DNA of 63,755 nucleotides, filler included, from Perkinsus chesapeaki ATCC PRA-425 (Eukaryota; Protista; Perkinsozoa): assembly GCA_013115145.1 (NCBI GenBank). It is 6 parts of 6 records of this genome, joined end to end, with 100 filler letters (N's around TTAATTAATTAA, not from the genome) between each part and the next. Parts side by side here need not be neighbours in the genome. Positions count along the whole stretch, not along the records: positions 1 to 25,133 come from JAAPAO010000533.1; 5 more parts are not named here. One strand, written 5' to 3'. This document shows positions 1 to 12,580 of the stretch, in pieces. The notes below the pieces were generated by a model. That model was given only the letters and a program-made list of their open reading frames with translations. It was not told the DNA's origin and did not search any database. A program made the position numbers and the translations under genes. Each line of letters opens with the position of its first letter. Position 1 is the first letter of the stretch.

Positions 1-1232
1 ACGTAAAACCAATATACACTTATCTAGTCTGGTAAAGCCGTTTGTAGTCAATTAAAGTGGTCAGGAGTGTAGTAAGGTTTTACCGTTGTGCCAACCTTCT
101 CAATCAAACTGCGCGGCGGAGGTTGCGCCTAGTGGCTTGCTACTAACGTTGCCCATTCATTTATGCGCGCTCTGCTATTCGTAGGCTGTTTATTAATTTC
201 TGACGGCTACGAGCGTCTGCCGGTCCATTTGATGTTCTGCGCAGAGTCTGATAGCAGCATATAGAGTCTGATGTTGAGCCTTCTATAGCAGCCTAGCATT
301 TTTCCATTCCTATCTATATAAAACCAACCTGAAGCGACGATCGACTTCTGCGACTTTTTCGCCCACAGCAGCTGATGAAGCTGTATTCTTTTACTGGAGT
401 CTATTCGTAGCTGCGAAGAGTGCTTATCTTCCGGACTGAGTTCATAACGTATAAGTTGAACGACCCAACTTGGACTGCGACAGATTGCCTGTGTCAGCAA
501 GACCTATCATAACTTGTCCACAATTCATTACCGACGGGCCACCAATGTTCTAAAAGCCCGCATGGGAGCCTTCAGCGAAGCGATGCTCACGAAGACATTT
601 GGAACGGCGTCTTATTTTGAAAACCGCTACCCCTCTGAGGAGTTTACGCCTTCTATGGCCACTAGTACATCAGCGGATGCTGACAGTCTCTTTCGTTTGC
701 TTCTCTTGCTCGACTACTATTACTTAGCGGGTATAAGAGATTTGAGACCACACGCTAAGTAAGCCGGAATGGCCCCGTGGTCTCTTTCTAGTGATGAGTA
801 AACTCTATCACCTCTATCCCACTCTAGCAAACAAGTCCGAAATGGGTCAGCCAAAGTTGGGTGGTCGCTGTGCGTACGGCTGTGTTGTACCGATCAGACT
901 GATTGATGGGGCTCCCTCGCTGGTGTAGTTACTATTTTCTCACTCAACCTGATTGCTAAGCTGTCTATTGATCGAGGGTGACGGTTCTCTAATCAATACG
1001 CAATCTTCACAAGTCGTTTTTGGGCAACGTCGAGGAGCTAAAACGATTCCATGAAAAAAGGCTCCTCGCACTCTTATCGTGCTCACAGTATATCCAGGGA
1101 CCCTGAGTCAGGGTGTTACGGTGATCTTGTATATGACGACTAATAACACAATATAATAATGATATGTAACCAATGGGCGGTTGTTATACTGTTAGTGTAC
1201 TACAAGAATAAAGTAACTTAGTATAATGGAGA

Positions 1233-4200
1233 TTAGACACGATTAAAACAATTAGCTTGATGATGTCGTTCGCGATGGTTGTTGTTATTATTATGCAATC
1301 TATCATATAACCAATTATGATGACTAACACTATCAGATGGTGATGATGATGGAGATTGTGGTAAAGCCACTACAGGATCCCTGAATATTGATATGAGCTG
1401 CTGATATCACAACATTATTATTCTTACCTATAAAGAAGGTCCTCAGCCGTAACTGCCCCAAGTAGTTCACCACGGAAAGTAACAAAGCAAACCTGACACG
1501 AACAATAATAGTAGCAAAATGACGAACGAAAGATTTCAACAAACGTGAGATGGCCGTCGAGAGAGAGCTGGGCAACATTCCACTACAGTCCTCCAAATAA
1601 ACTTGGAATATTTTGAAATAATATCATTACTTACTAAATTATTTCAAAATATTTCAAGTTCATTTGAAGGACTGTACATTATAACCGCCTTTCATACTTA
1701 AGCTCGAAAGGCAGCGATGGCAAGCAGGAAAAGTTGACATATATAGTTATACAGCAACTATCGTATGTAACTGTTCACGCTGCTCATTTGTATCCCTGAC
1801 TCGTCGTCGTCTACCTGCTCTGAGTTGTACTCCATTCTGCCGTATACTTGTAATACACTAGCATCTGGTGGGCATGTCATTGGTGATACATCCAACCATG
1901 GTAGCATATCACATAAAGCATCAGCAGAATCATTAGGGGACATCTCACCACAGTGCTCCAATAATCTGACACCTCTAGCTGCCACTAAGATATCGATCAA
2001 ATATATTACTGATCAACCGGAGCTGCTGCAACAAGTATAGATCGTCCGCTTTCAGTGGACAACAATACTGGAACTTTGGGTAGGTGACAATCCAGAGTCT
2101 GAGAAAGTTTCCTGGCATAGGGAGGGGTGAAGCTCCAGTACATCGGGGTCGATGTCTCCTGGATGCTCCCATGCATCATCCTGTATCTTTGGTATATCCT
2201 TTGCAGGTGTCATTACGGCACACACTGGTAGCATTCCCCTAATCATCAACTTTATTAAAATAATAAGGCTCAAGAGTGTTACCTTTGCTGGTTGGTTAAT
2301 GCTGGTCTACCAGGAAGATTCTTACGCAATAATATAACATCGAAAATACTAGGTGATATCTGTCCTGATACCAGTACACCAGCAACAGTAGCAACACATA
2401 ATGGTAGTAACATACCACCAGTACCGAGACCTGATAGGATAAGATGATGCACAGGAGGGGATAGGGTGGGTGAGCGTTGTTACTAGGGGCAACCTCATAG
2501 ATGGCCACTAGAAGGGAAAAGCTTTGTGTTACTGCTGCAGCGAAGCCTACTGTACCAACCAGTGCTAATGATGATGGATTGAACTAATAATGAGTAATGA
2601 TAGATATTGTAGTTGAGACTTACGAATTGATCATTAGGTGTAGTAGAAGGCATAATCTCATAGGTAAGGCGGCCTATTAGAGCCCCTAATACATATGATG
2701 GTATAACTAAACCGGATGGTAAGGGTAGATTGAATACCAGTAATGTCATGGGTAACTGATGATGATGAAAGTGATGACAGTGATGACATAGGTACACAGG
2801 AATTCACAGCGCCCTAACGCCCTCACTACTTTAAATAAAAGGCATAGTACCCACTGATATATCGGGTATTCATCCCCAGACCCCAGAATAGATGCAAGAA
2901 ACTAGGAAAAAGAATGGTGATGGTGGTCGTACAATGATTACTCTGTGTTACCTGTGGTTGTAGGGAATTACCTAAGGGCGGCAGCTCCCTAGATATTATT
3001 GAATTAATAAGAGTTAGTATAATTAATAGGAAGAATATACAACTTTGCTTGGGGGATATAATTCTATGCCATGCTCTCATAATACGTCTACCTGATAAAT
3101 ATACTATCACTACCACTACAAAGGAGGAGGCTTCATTACGTATCCGTTGGACTATAGATGGCCTCCTATTGGTTGTAGTAGTAGTATCATGTGAACTATC
3201 ATCATAAGGCCATGGTGCGGTGGATTCACGTCTACGATATACACTAATAGCATCCGGCCGTACAAAACTAGTATCACCACCATTCTGATTAACAAGCAAA
3301 CTGCTTCCATCTGAACAGTAATAATAATACATCATATAAGCAATAACATTATTACTTCTAGTATCAACACCAATGGTAGCCGTAGCGTTGTTATCTTCAA
3401 CCCATTGCCTGTCTGGACCCCTCTGACCCTGTCTTAGCCCACCACGACCAGGTACCACTTTATGCTAAATAAACCGATGATTCCCATTTGCCTTCCGTAT
3501 TACCCTTCTGAAGCTTAAATGAGATGCCCAGAAACGTTGGAAGTCTGCTAGGAGGCGACCTGTCTGTGAGAAGGCTTTTATGAAATAACCCCCAAGCAAG
3601 CCAAGGATAACACCATAGGCAGCAAAACCGATAACCTGATAGAAGTGAGGGGGACAAGGAGATGGCATACTACCCTTACCCGTTGGGGGGACTCATAGTT
3701 GGTGAAATGGACCTCACTGAAGATGAATGGGCGGAGACCGACCAGGGGAGATGTTTTAACACAAACAAATACAAAGGACCCAACAACTGATGCTACCAAG
3801 CACATCCAGTAACTGACAGGATTAAAGTAAGGAGCTACGTAAGTATGGAAGGAAGAGCTACGTGTTGATGAAGAAATGATTTGATGTAACCTCTAATGCA
3901 AACAGTACCCCACCAATAGGTGCCCTAAAGATAGCGGCAACACCTGTGGCGACTGCTGCTGATAGGACTTGACGTCTGGTCTAAAGGGGTAAGCATATTA
4001 TTAATGAGTGGTATGAGTAGTAATACATTAGGTATCTCTCTGACACTTCTGAAGTATGGCAGTCTTAGTAGAGATGATCCAATGCATGCTGATATATGTA
4101 CCATAGGGCCTTCAGCACCTACTGGTAGCCCAGCTGATATAACCAATGCTAAACCTATAGATTTAGCTACCAATACACTTGGACGAAAGAACCTGGGAAT

Positions 4201-6006
4201 GATATAGTATAAAATCCATCCACACCACCACGGTAGTAGCGCTGTATGGGAGTATCCGGTCTTTGCTAAATCGACTTACTAAACAAGGTACTCGGTTCTT
4301 AAAAGAAGGGTGAAAAAACGTAACAAAGTCTTCATTTTTTCCAGACTCAAAATCCGCCAAAACCGCGAAACTCCAAATTAGAGCACATATTGCTGGGACA
4401 TTGTCCACTGTAAGCAGGGGGTCCCGGGACCATGTCACCAGGCCTCAAATTCGACTTGGGGGATTTTACTATCGTACACTAAAAAACCCGAAAACCCTAG
4501 TACACATTGTGTGGTAGATAGTTTGCACTCTGTCTATTACCCCAATAGATGACTTGCTCCACCTAGTTCACATTTCATCTCAGGTATACCGCTGCCCTCT
4601 GCTAATGGCTGGGCTATCATTAACATACGGCATGTTATGACTAATATTATATCCATTAATATACTTAACCATGTTGTTAAATGAGACTAAAGGGTTAAAG
4701 GAGTGTGTGGATAGGCTGCTGCAAAGACAATCTTCTACCTTTCCAGACACCAACAGTCTTACAATAGAGTCTATTACTGCTGACAGTATAGTACCTAATA
4801 GCAACAATAACAACGACAGTGCTCACAATAGCTTATCATTACCCAATACACTAGTTAATATAATAATGCACCACAGCTTCCTATAAGCGCTCTTCCCTGG
4901 CCGCTTTGGCATTAGCTTCCCTTCTGATAGTAGATGACTTAACGTATCAGCATCGAATTTCTGATAGGCACTCATAACTGTCTGGTTGCCCTCCTCCTCC
5001 TTTTATATACCTCCCACTCCTGTCTATGTTTCCTTTCCCTTGCCTCATATGACACTGCCTCTGGTGGGGTATGTGGCTCCACCACCCACTCCTCCATATC
5101 TCTATCATACCTATAATACCATAATAATAACCTACTACTCTAACCTTACATATTACTTAACAAAGCTCCTAAGGCCGCCATCAGGACATTGCTCAGTAGG
5201 AGCACTTTCAACTTCTTGCATTGACGCATAGTCCTCTGGCAGCAATGGTGTAGTAGCTGGAGCTGGCAGGTTAAATCGGCTACCATGGGGCCTGCCATCA
5301 CCACCTAGACTAGCTCCACGTATTAAACCTATTAATTGCATACCATGGCGGTCTAATGAGGTATGCTATTACCACTAGTATTAACTTTATCATTACTATT
5401 ATCCGATGAGTACCCTGTTGCTGCTTCCTGCTTATTATTATTAAGTGGGAAGTGTAATGATGCTCTCCTTCGAGCTACTGCTGATAATGCATTCTCCCAT
5501 TTACTACCATCACTGTGGGCAGCATGCTCAGTGAAGAAATTATTGTTACCCTTTTTGAGAGCTGATACCACAGACGCTACAGAGCCCCTTGTTACCTATA
5601 ATCCACCATTAATACTCTACACTACCAACAGTACTACCGTACTGTATGTGATTGTTGATGGTGTAAGTCCTGACTAGTACTAGGATATGATGATGACATA
5701 CTCCCCTGCTGGGATGGTAGTGATATAGACGCCTTTGGACTCTCTTGTATAGTAGGTAAATCATTTGACGGCAAACACCCCTCCATTGAAGAGCTCCTAG
5801 ATCCTACAATAGGAGCCATACCCACCCAAACACAAGTGAATATACTACCTACCATGAACAGGAGCACGTAACTGCCCCCCTACAGCAGTATTAACCCCAA
5901 GCCTCCTATGGTTACTAACATGGTCACCCTGCTCTATACTATCACCTGTATGTGATGATGATGAAGGAGGAGGAGGGGTTGCTGATGTCTGAGGAGGGGG
6001 AGGCAT
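1233..6006 (-). CDS. CLC-family chloride channel/transporter with C-terminal CBS pair and long low-complexity N-terminus (multi-exon, ends approximate)
   Basis: Manual exon translation gives [15 protein letters not shown] (~4570-4615, GSGIPE filter), [17 protein letters not shown] (~4080-4140, gating Glu motif) and [19 protein letters not shown] (~3580-3635). CBS2 is reconstructed as [27 protein letters not shown]|[20 protein letters not shown] across intron 1493-1814. Confidence 0.9.
1584..1676. mobile_element. Tc1/mariner-type MITE (89 bp, almost all TIR) in a CLC intron
   Basis: TA|CAGTCC...GGACTG|TA. 37-bp inverted repeats with 3 mismatches, 15-nt spacer, TA on both sides. Confidence 0.7.
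4255..4500 (+). mobile_element. Possible non-autonomous Helitron-like insertion in a CLC intron
   Basis: Compositionally distinct 246-bp block with boundaries A|TC ... CTAG|T and no TIR or TSD. The left boundary is soft and no subterminal hairpin sits at the canonical distance. Confidence 0.3.
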
Positions 6007-6099
6007 TAGATGCTCCTCCTTCTATAATAATGGTATAACAACTATAACCAAACAGCAGCTGGTACTAGTAGTAGGGAAAGGATATAACGTTGTTGTTGT

Positions 6100-9000
6100 T
6101 GTTGGGTTTAGTAATGTACTGTTATCATTACTGCCTCTTCTCTAGGATGTTATAATTTAACAACTTCTCGATCAGATCCACATGTGTCAACAGCATACGT
6201 CGACAGCAATACCTAATATAATAATAGTAAACACTATCACAGAGCGACAATAACGTGGTGACTAGCACAAGAGCAACTAGATGACAGCTGAGGCAGTCTC
6301 CACAAACTACAATGGTTGTGCTGCTGCTGAAGCGACGTGTCTTAAGCCCAATAGTTATAATACGAGAGCCTCCATCGTGGAAGTAGCGGCTTTCTAATGG
6401 TATAATATACTACAACTTTACTATACTACTTTATAATACTACTTTATAATACTACTTTATAATACTACTTTACGATACTACTTTATAATACTACTTTACT
6501 ATACTACTTTATAATACTACTTTATAATACTACTCTATAATACTACTTTACGATACTACTTTATAATACTACTTTATGTAGTTATTAATTAGCTATCATA
6601 CTATATACAACAGTATAACCAAAAACTAGACTAAATGACGATGATATAATATCCCCAATATCGTTCCCTTTCAGTAGTCTTCAGTACCTTTCCATTCCCA
6701 ACTCGGTAAGTGCCTGGCCTTCCGATTTACCTTCCTGTAATAGGTTAAGGTACTTGTCCCATTTATTACCAATAACCTAATAATAATACAACAACACAAC
6801 CAATAACACAGAAGTTACCTTGCCACATGTGAAACATCTAATAGGGATAATCATGCTACTGAGGGGAAGGAAGGAGTAACAACAACCAAAGTGAAGCTAC
6901 AATAGGTTAAATAATATTATTAGATCAACGCAAGCCATAGGGTCAACAACAACAACAAGTAACATTGGTCATGCGTTTGATGCCAATACGGGAGGACGAC
7001 TACACCTATCAGCCTCATCTCGCCATGTAAAGGTAGAGCTCATGTTAAAGACATCAGTACCTGTACCACAGTAATCAGGTGATACTATTATATAACTACT
7101 GACTTCTAGATCGTGTATCAGCCTTCCTCAGTGCTCTAGCTCTCTCTATATCCCAGGTTGGCACAAACTTCGGCCATATCCTCGATTTGGTATCATAAAA
7201 CCTACACTACTACCGATGTCATAGAGCTCTCTTATATAATCATTCACCGTTGTGGATGCTCCATTGGATCCACTCGTTTAGTCTGTATTGGTATATCCCA
7301 TGATCTCATACCGTTCCATCCGCTAGGCGGCTCTAATGGTTGCAAGGGGGTGTACTCATGGGCGGGCTTCCCTATTACCGGCGCACTCTACAGCCACTAC
7401 ATTGCACACCATGCCTGATACTATACTTTACCTTCCTTTGTGATACTAAAGCCTGTAGCCTCATCTCATCATGTGCCCGCTTTTTGGCGGCTATCTAACA
7501 AGGTAGAGGGATATTAATACCAAACTTCCGTCAAATCACCTGCTGCATATGGCCTCTAGTTTCACTATACATGACTGTATCATCATAACCAGGACCATCG
7601 AAACCCGTTATTCCCCTCGGGTGATGTCTAGTAGTGACACGCAGCCGCCTGAATAACGGGGGCGGCACTTCACCAGAATTGGGGACACCTGCCGACACAA
7701 AAGGGGACAATAATTGTGTCGCATCACCGTCGTCTCCGTACGTGTATCCGTGACCGCTATAATAGCCCTATCCTCTCCTGCTGGTAATGACTGTACCCTG
7801 CCTCCTAATGGATGTTGATAGCCATCCATCGTAGTAGGTATATCATCATAGAATGTACTAGCATTCGGTGACGATATGAAGGAATCACAGGCTACCAAAG
7901 ACCAGTGCCCCACTGGATAGCTACTACTACCGTCCCCTACATCGGTATCCAGCTGCTACTCTAGGCACAGCCGTGAACATAGAGCTGGCCTTCATTGTTG
8001 AGAACGGGTTAAATACATTACGCTCTGTTGATGCTATAGGATGTGATGACGATGATGACCTAGTATAACAACATGTAGGTAGTAATAAGATACTATCCAC
8101 TTACTTCTCATTAAGGCTGCTGTCAAAAGTCCCTGTAAAGGTAAGACCGTTATACGGCGGGTCTTCATTCCTACTATTATAAGTATATTACCATATATTT
8201 CATTGCCTTACACTGTTATATAGGACTGTAGTTGTATTACAGGATGATCAGCAGCACCAGTAGTAGTGTACCTATTCTGCCTAGTATTAGCAGCCATTAT
8301 CATATCATCATCAACTAATAACCACATTACAGCAGTGATCCCTCTCAACGCTGTAACTCCTCCAAGAGAGACTCGAGAAACAATTGCTGCCGCTTAATGC
8401 AGAGCCGCGTTGCATTATTAAATAGTACTATCGTCATGGACGGGCTACTGTAGACCTTACAATATTATGATACTAGTAGCCCTCCTTAGTGGCGATACTA
8501 CTATCTATTACAAAAGGGGAACGAGAACACTACTACCAACACACAACAATAAGAGGGAGGAGGAATTACTTCTTGGCTATAGCAGGAAGTGAATAACGTG
8601 GTGATGATGATGGTAATAATATTATTAATCAGGACGCATGACGACCATGACTTAGTGGTGATGGTTTATATAATATACATCCATATTGAATAGCAGCAGC
8701 ACTAATAAGCTACAACAGAACAGGTACAGGAACTACAGTAACAATAATACAAAAGGAAAGAAGTAGAAGACTGACATTAAAAGGGATAATAATATTAGAA
8801 CGAATAAGGGCGCACTGTATAAACAATATATACAGAAAAAGCAACCTACAACTAGGCATACCGAAGGGAAATGATTATGGTAATAGCGATACACAATTAT
8901 AACACTAATGATGATGGCATCACCACATACTGGGCCACTCTTCTTCCACAGTGTATCTCTATGGTAGGGGCTTGTATAGCATATTAGAACTACTGGGTAC

Positions 9001-9662
9001 ACAGCCAACCCCACCAGTAGTAGGTGAGGAATCAAGTACACTAGTACTACTACTAGTATCATCATAACTAGACGATGTGAACGAAGAGTCTGTTGTAGTA
9101 GCCACAGCTGGGCTAGTGGAGGTCGCCGCCGCCTTTGGAGGCGTTGGAGATCTACCCTCTTCTGTCGCAGCTGTAATTGTATCAACAACAGGAGGGGCCC
9201 GTCGGACTAGGCAGACTGGGCATATCACCTAACACCAGTGGCAATAACACTACAACAGCAGCCCACTACAACGACCTACTACTACTACCTGTGAGCCAAG
9301 CCAAAGTAGTAGTATAAGCAGAGCTATAGCAGCAGTAACACCATTAAATATAGCAGTCTTCCTCCATTCTGCCTGCTGCTCTGGTGAGATTGAATTGGTA
9401 TATACCTCCAATTGTGTGCCACACAAGCATGCTACCTAATAACAATCACCTTAACCATTTCATTTAGGGGTGTTAGTACACTAGCTGCACTAGTAGAACC
9501 AGCGTTGGCTACACAGCTATTACAACGATCACTGAACTCTGGATAATCGTTAACAGCAGGCAAAGAAGAGCATATCTCATTAACTATGCTTATGAAGGCA
9601 ACGCCTGAGGGAAATACGGTATGAATAAAAGCTGCTAGTACTAATACCTTCAGGAGGAGCAT
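6100..9662 (-). CDS. Multi-exon membrane protein: signal peptide, Cys-containing ectodomain, S/T-rich stretch and several hydrophobic segments; family not recognised
   Basis: Starts [22 protein letters not shown]. Exon fragments include [41 protein letters not shown] and [31 protein letters not shown]. The 3' end is uncertain and this may be more than one gene. Confidence 0.45.
6404..6577. repeat. 13-bp minisatellite (TACTACTTTATAA) x ~13
   Basis: Direct tandem copies with minor variants (TACTACTTTACGA, TACTACTTTACTA). Confidence 0.95.
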
Positions 9663-9749
9663 AGGGGCAAGTTATTGAATCCAACTGTGGTGTAGAGCAG
9701 CTGACAGTCGATGGTATTGAGGTGCAACCACCTATATTATATAGTGTCA

Positions 9750-10484
9750 TAGCCGGTGGTACAAACCTATAGAAACCATACTAACAACGGCCTATTGAAG
9801 AAGTAGTATATTACAGTTCAACACTGTGAGTTATGTTAGATGTACCAATATACCCACCATAAGATTCAATCTAAATATTTATACCATATTTCCGCCTAAT
9901 CACCTCCCTTACTACTACCTCGCGCTGTATCTCTTGATAGGTAAGATCTGACACTATACCAACACCATAAAAGCATATACACACAAGTACACCACAGCAA
10001 ATGACTGCCAATAGAGCGATGACAAAGAATGCCATTAACAGACCATACAAGCATCGATGATGAGACCTATAACCTCTGTTATATAATAAAATACCCTATA
10101 ATTTCCTACTTTAGTTTAGGAATGCTTCTTGTAGCTATTCCTACTGCAGCTACTAATGGGGATAAAATTGCTGCAACAAGAATGAGGTATACACTAATAC
10201 CAATAGGATTGGCAGGTATAACCAGATTAACACCGTATCTTTGAGCTAGGTCTGTTAACTAAATAATATGATAACCATGTTACCACCAACCCCCTTATAA
10301 CCTGTTGTCCAGTTAATCGAGATAGCAAGGATGTATCTACTTGGTCTGTTGATTGAAACCATATAGCTATAGCCCAACAGGCTAATGCTAATACTAGTAT
10401 AAAGTAAATAGTGGTATATATCACTCTACTGGGCTGCCATCTAAAGCCCTTCTTCTTCTGCGGTTGTTGTCTTATTGATGACAT
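9750..10484 (-). CDS. Small multi-pass (tetraspanin-like) membrane protein, multi-exon, 3' end approximate
   Basis: Exons give VIYTTIYFILVLALACWAIAIWF, PIGISVYLILVAAILSPLVAAVGIA and LYGLLMAFFVIALLAVICCGVLVCICFYG. Confidence 0.45.
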
Positions 10485-10671
10485 CACGTTATACTAAAGC
10501 ATATATAAATGCAATCATGTTCAACACAATACTATTATATATCAGATTGCACAGGGCTGGATCTATGATGGAGTTATATAATAATTAATGGAATGATTGA
10601 TGTCTTATGAATAATACCGCTCTTTGGCTTATCGCCTAGTATAGCCAAAGTAACATCCTCCTTCACAATTG

Positions 10672-11369
10672 TTACTCAGAATGCTTACCACCAGTAGCAG
10701 CAGCAGCCTAACAGGAGCGTATATAATGGCAGATAGCAGTCACTTACCGAAGGCTTAGCAGTGACCAATGGTGAAAGCTTAGCAGCATGGGTTAATGTGG
10801 GCTTAACAGCAAGAGAGTAAAGCTTGGCTGATCCACGGAAGTCGGGATAGAATAGGTATACCTAACAGAAGATACGAGAAAGATACTTAAAAAAAGACGG
10901 AAAGAATATTTATACCTGAAATCCGACTCTGAGGAAGTAATATAGTGGCACCCAGAATAGGAGGTTATCAATGACTGCCTCTACTAACATAAAGCCACCG
11001 AAGACAGTCCAATAGGTTAGTATGGCCTAACAATTATTATAAGATTAAGGAGAGAGCGGTATGATACCTTGGTCTGTTCATTAGTAGGGTTGGCTTGCTC
11101 AACCACTTGATAGCTTTTATAGACGGGATAACAGAAGCCCACCAGATTGCATACAGTGTTAACAGCAAATCCAGTTAATAAACAAAGGGAACCAACAAAT
11201 GCTCCGGCAAGGAGTGAGCACACTCCAACCTAAGATACCAATAAACTATCATAATAGGAATAATATGTATTACCGGTGCTAAGCCTGATAGGTCAGCAGC
11301 CTGCCTTACAGGGCCAACCTCATACAGTTTAGCGTTTAAATCCTTGATCTGTTTATCCATACCAGCCAT
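10672..11369 (-). CDS. HVA22/TB2-DP1 (REEP5/Yop1-like) ER-shaping protein
   Basis: Spliced translation: NLVGFCYPVYKSYQVVE, TYWTVFGGFMLVEAVIDNLLFWVPLYYFLRVGF, VYLFYPDFRGSAKLYSLAVKP. These match the family pattern YP.Y.S..A / WL.YW / P.YY..K / GA..LY...P. Confidence 0.9.
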
Positions 11370-11509
11370 TGATACTCAACTTTACCGAACTGACGACAGT
11401 TGTTCCTCGAACGTTTGCACTCGAAAAAAGCGGAGCGAAGCGATTTCCGTTTCACAGTTTTATTTTTGACAGCGCGAAATTGTATATCGCGTCACTTTCA
11501 GTTGATACC

Positions 11510-12520
11510 ATGACAGAAACTTCCCCAAACAACAGTTCATCATCGACAAATGTTAGGTTAGAGTTCAGTGACTTCTCCACTAGCACTCTACCGCCAATAG
11601 GAGGGGTTGATAATAATACAAATATATCTAATAGCCAAGGTAATACTGGCTTTAAGATGACCTTTAATCGACCTATTATGAATCTTTTATAGAAGTGTCT
11701 TATATATTCTGAACTTGAAAGTAACCTACTCTCGCTTTAGGTACTTTCTCTAACACCGTATTAGCCCATTCAGCTCATCCATGGGTATGTGTGTTCCATA
11801 TTATATTTAAGATAGCAGCTATATTCTCGTATTGGGTAGTCTACTGGCTATCAGGAAAAAGCTATATAAGTACACCCTACCACACTACCTTATTATCATT
11901 CTCCATTACCAGTTACATTTGTATGTACTACCACATGCCTAGCATTGGACTTCTGGACTGTTAAAAATGTAACAGGAAGGTAATAGTAACGGTCGTATCG
12001 AGCAGTGGGGGAGGGTGTAAGGTTATTAGGCTGCTGGTTGGACTACGATGGTGGAATGAATACGAGTCCAGTCCTAGTGATGATAAGGATAGTAAATCAA
12101 CATGGGTGTTTGAATCACAAAGTGAGGACTTTGAAAGATCTCTCAATCCCACCGATAAAACCATCTTCTGGGGAGCCCTGGTAGTATTAACACTTCCCTA
12201 TGTATTATATGAATATCATTAGTATATATTTCCTATATTCTGGATAGCTGGTGCCATTAGTAACCTTATATCATTCTCATTTGACTATGTTGTCCTTAAC
12301 ATAATGGGTATTATATTATCCATGGCGAATGTTGTTGGCTATTGGAAGTGTTCTAAAGGTAACCTCTCCATCTTTTACCTCAATACATCGATACCCTTTA
12401 TCAGAATCTCAGCGCAGGCTACAGTCATGGGCATCTCAGCAAGCACTGGGAGCAATGGGAAGTGGTGGACTTAGTAGCCTAGCGTCGAGGGCTGGTAGTT
12501 GGCTGAAGGGCTCTCGGTGA
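11510..12520 (+). CDS. TVP23: Golgi apparatus membrane protein TVP23/FAM18 homologue
   Basis: LALDFWTVKNVTGR|LLVGLRWWNEY...STWVFES...DKTIFWGAL is the diagnostic TVP23 sequence. Confidence 0.93.
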
Positions 12521-12580
12521 TCAATCCAACCATTGTTATCATTTCTAATCAGTACTATGTTGTGTAGTTAGTATTAATTG

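Noticed and set aside
207-1130. Minus-strand ORF fragments as an HNH/ZMYND19-like gene
   Set aside because: In-frame stops and no convincing motif; left unannotated.
1583-1677. Hairpin as a mirtron or introner (minus strand reads GTACAG...CTGTAG end to end)
   Set aside because: The CBS2 domain aligns without gaps only if one intron spans 1493-1814, so the hairpin lies inside a larger intron.
5807-5853. [20 protein letters not shown] as a transmembrane helix linking the upstream membrane gene to the CLC
   Set aside because: Most of it is a 47-nt GT-AG intron whose removal keeps the CLC N-terminal frame open.
11369-11692. 107-aa plus-strand ORF and many other short track ORFs as independent genes
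   Set aside because: They are read-throughs of UTR, intron or antisense frames of genes already called.
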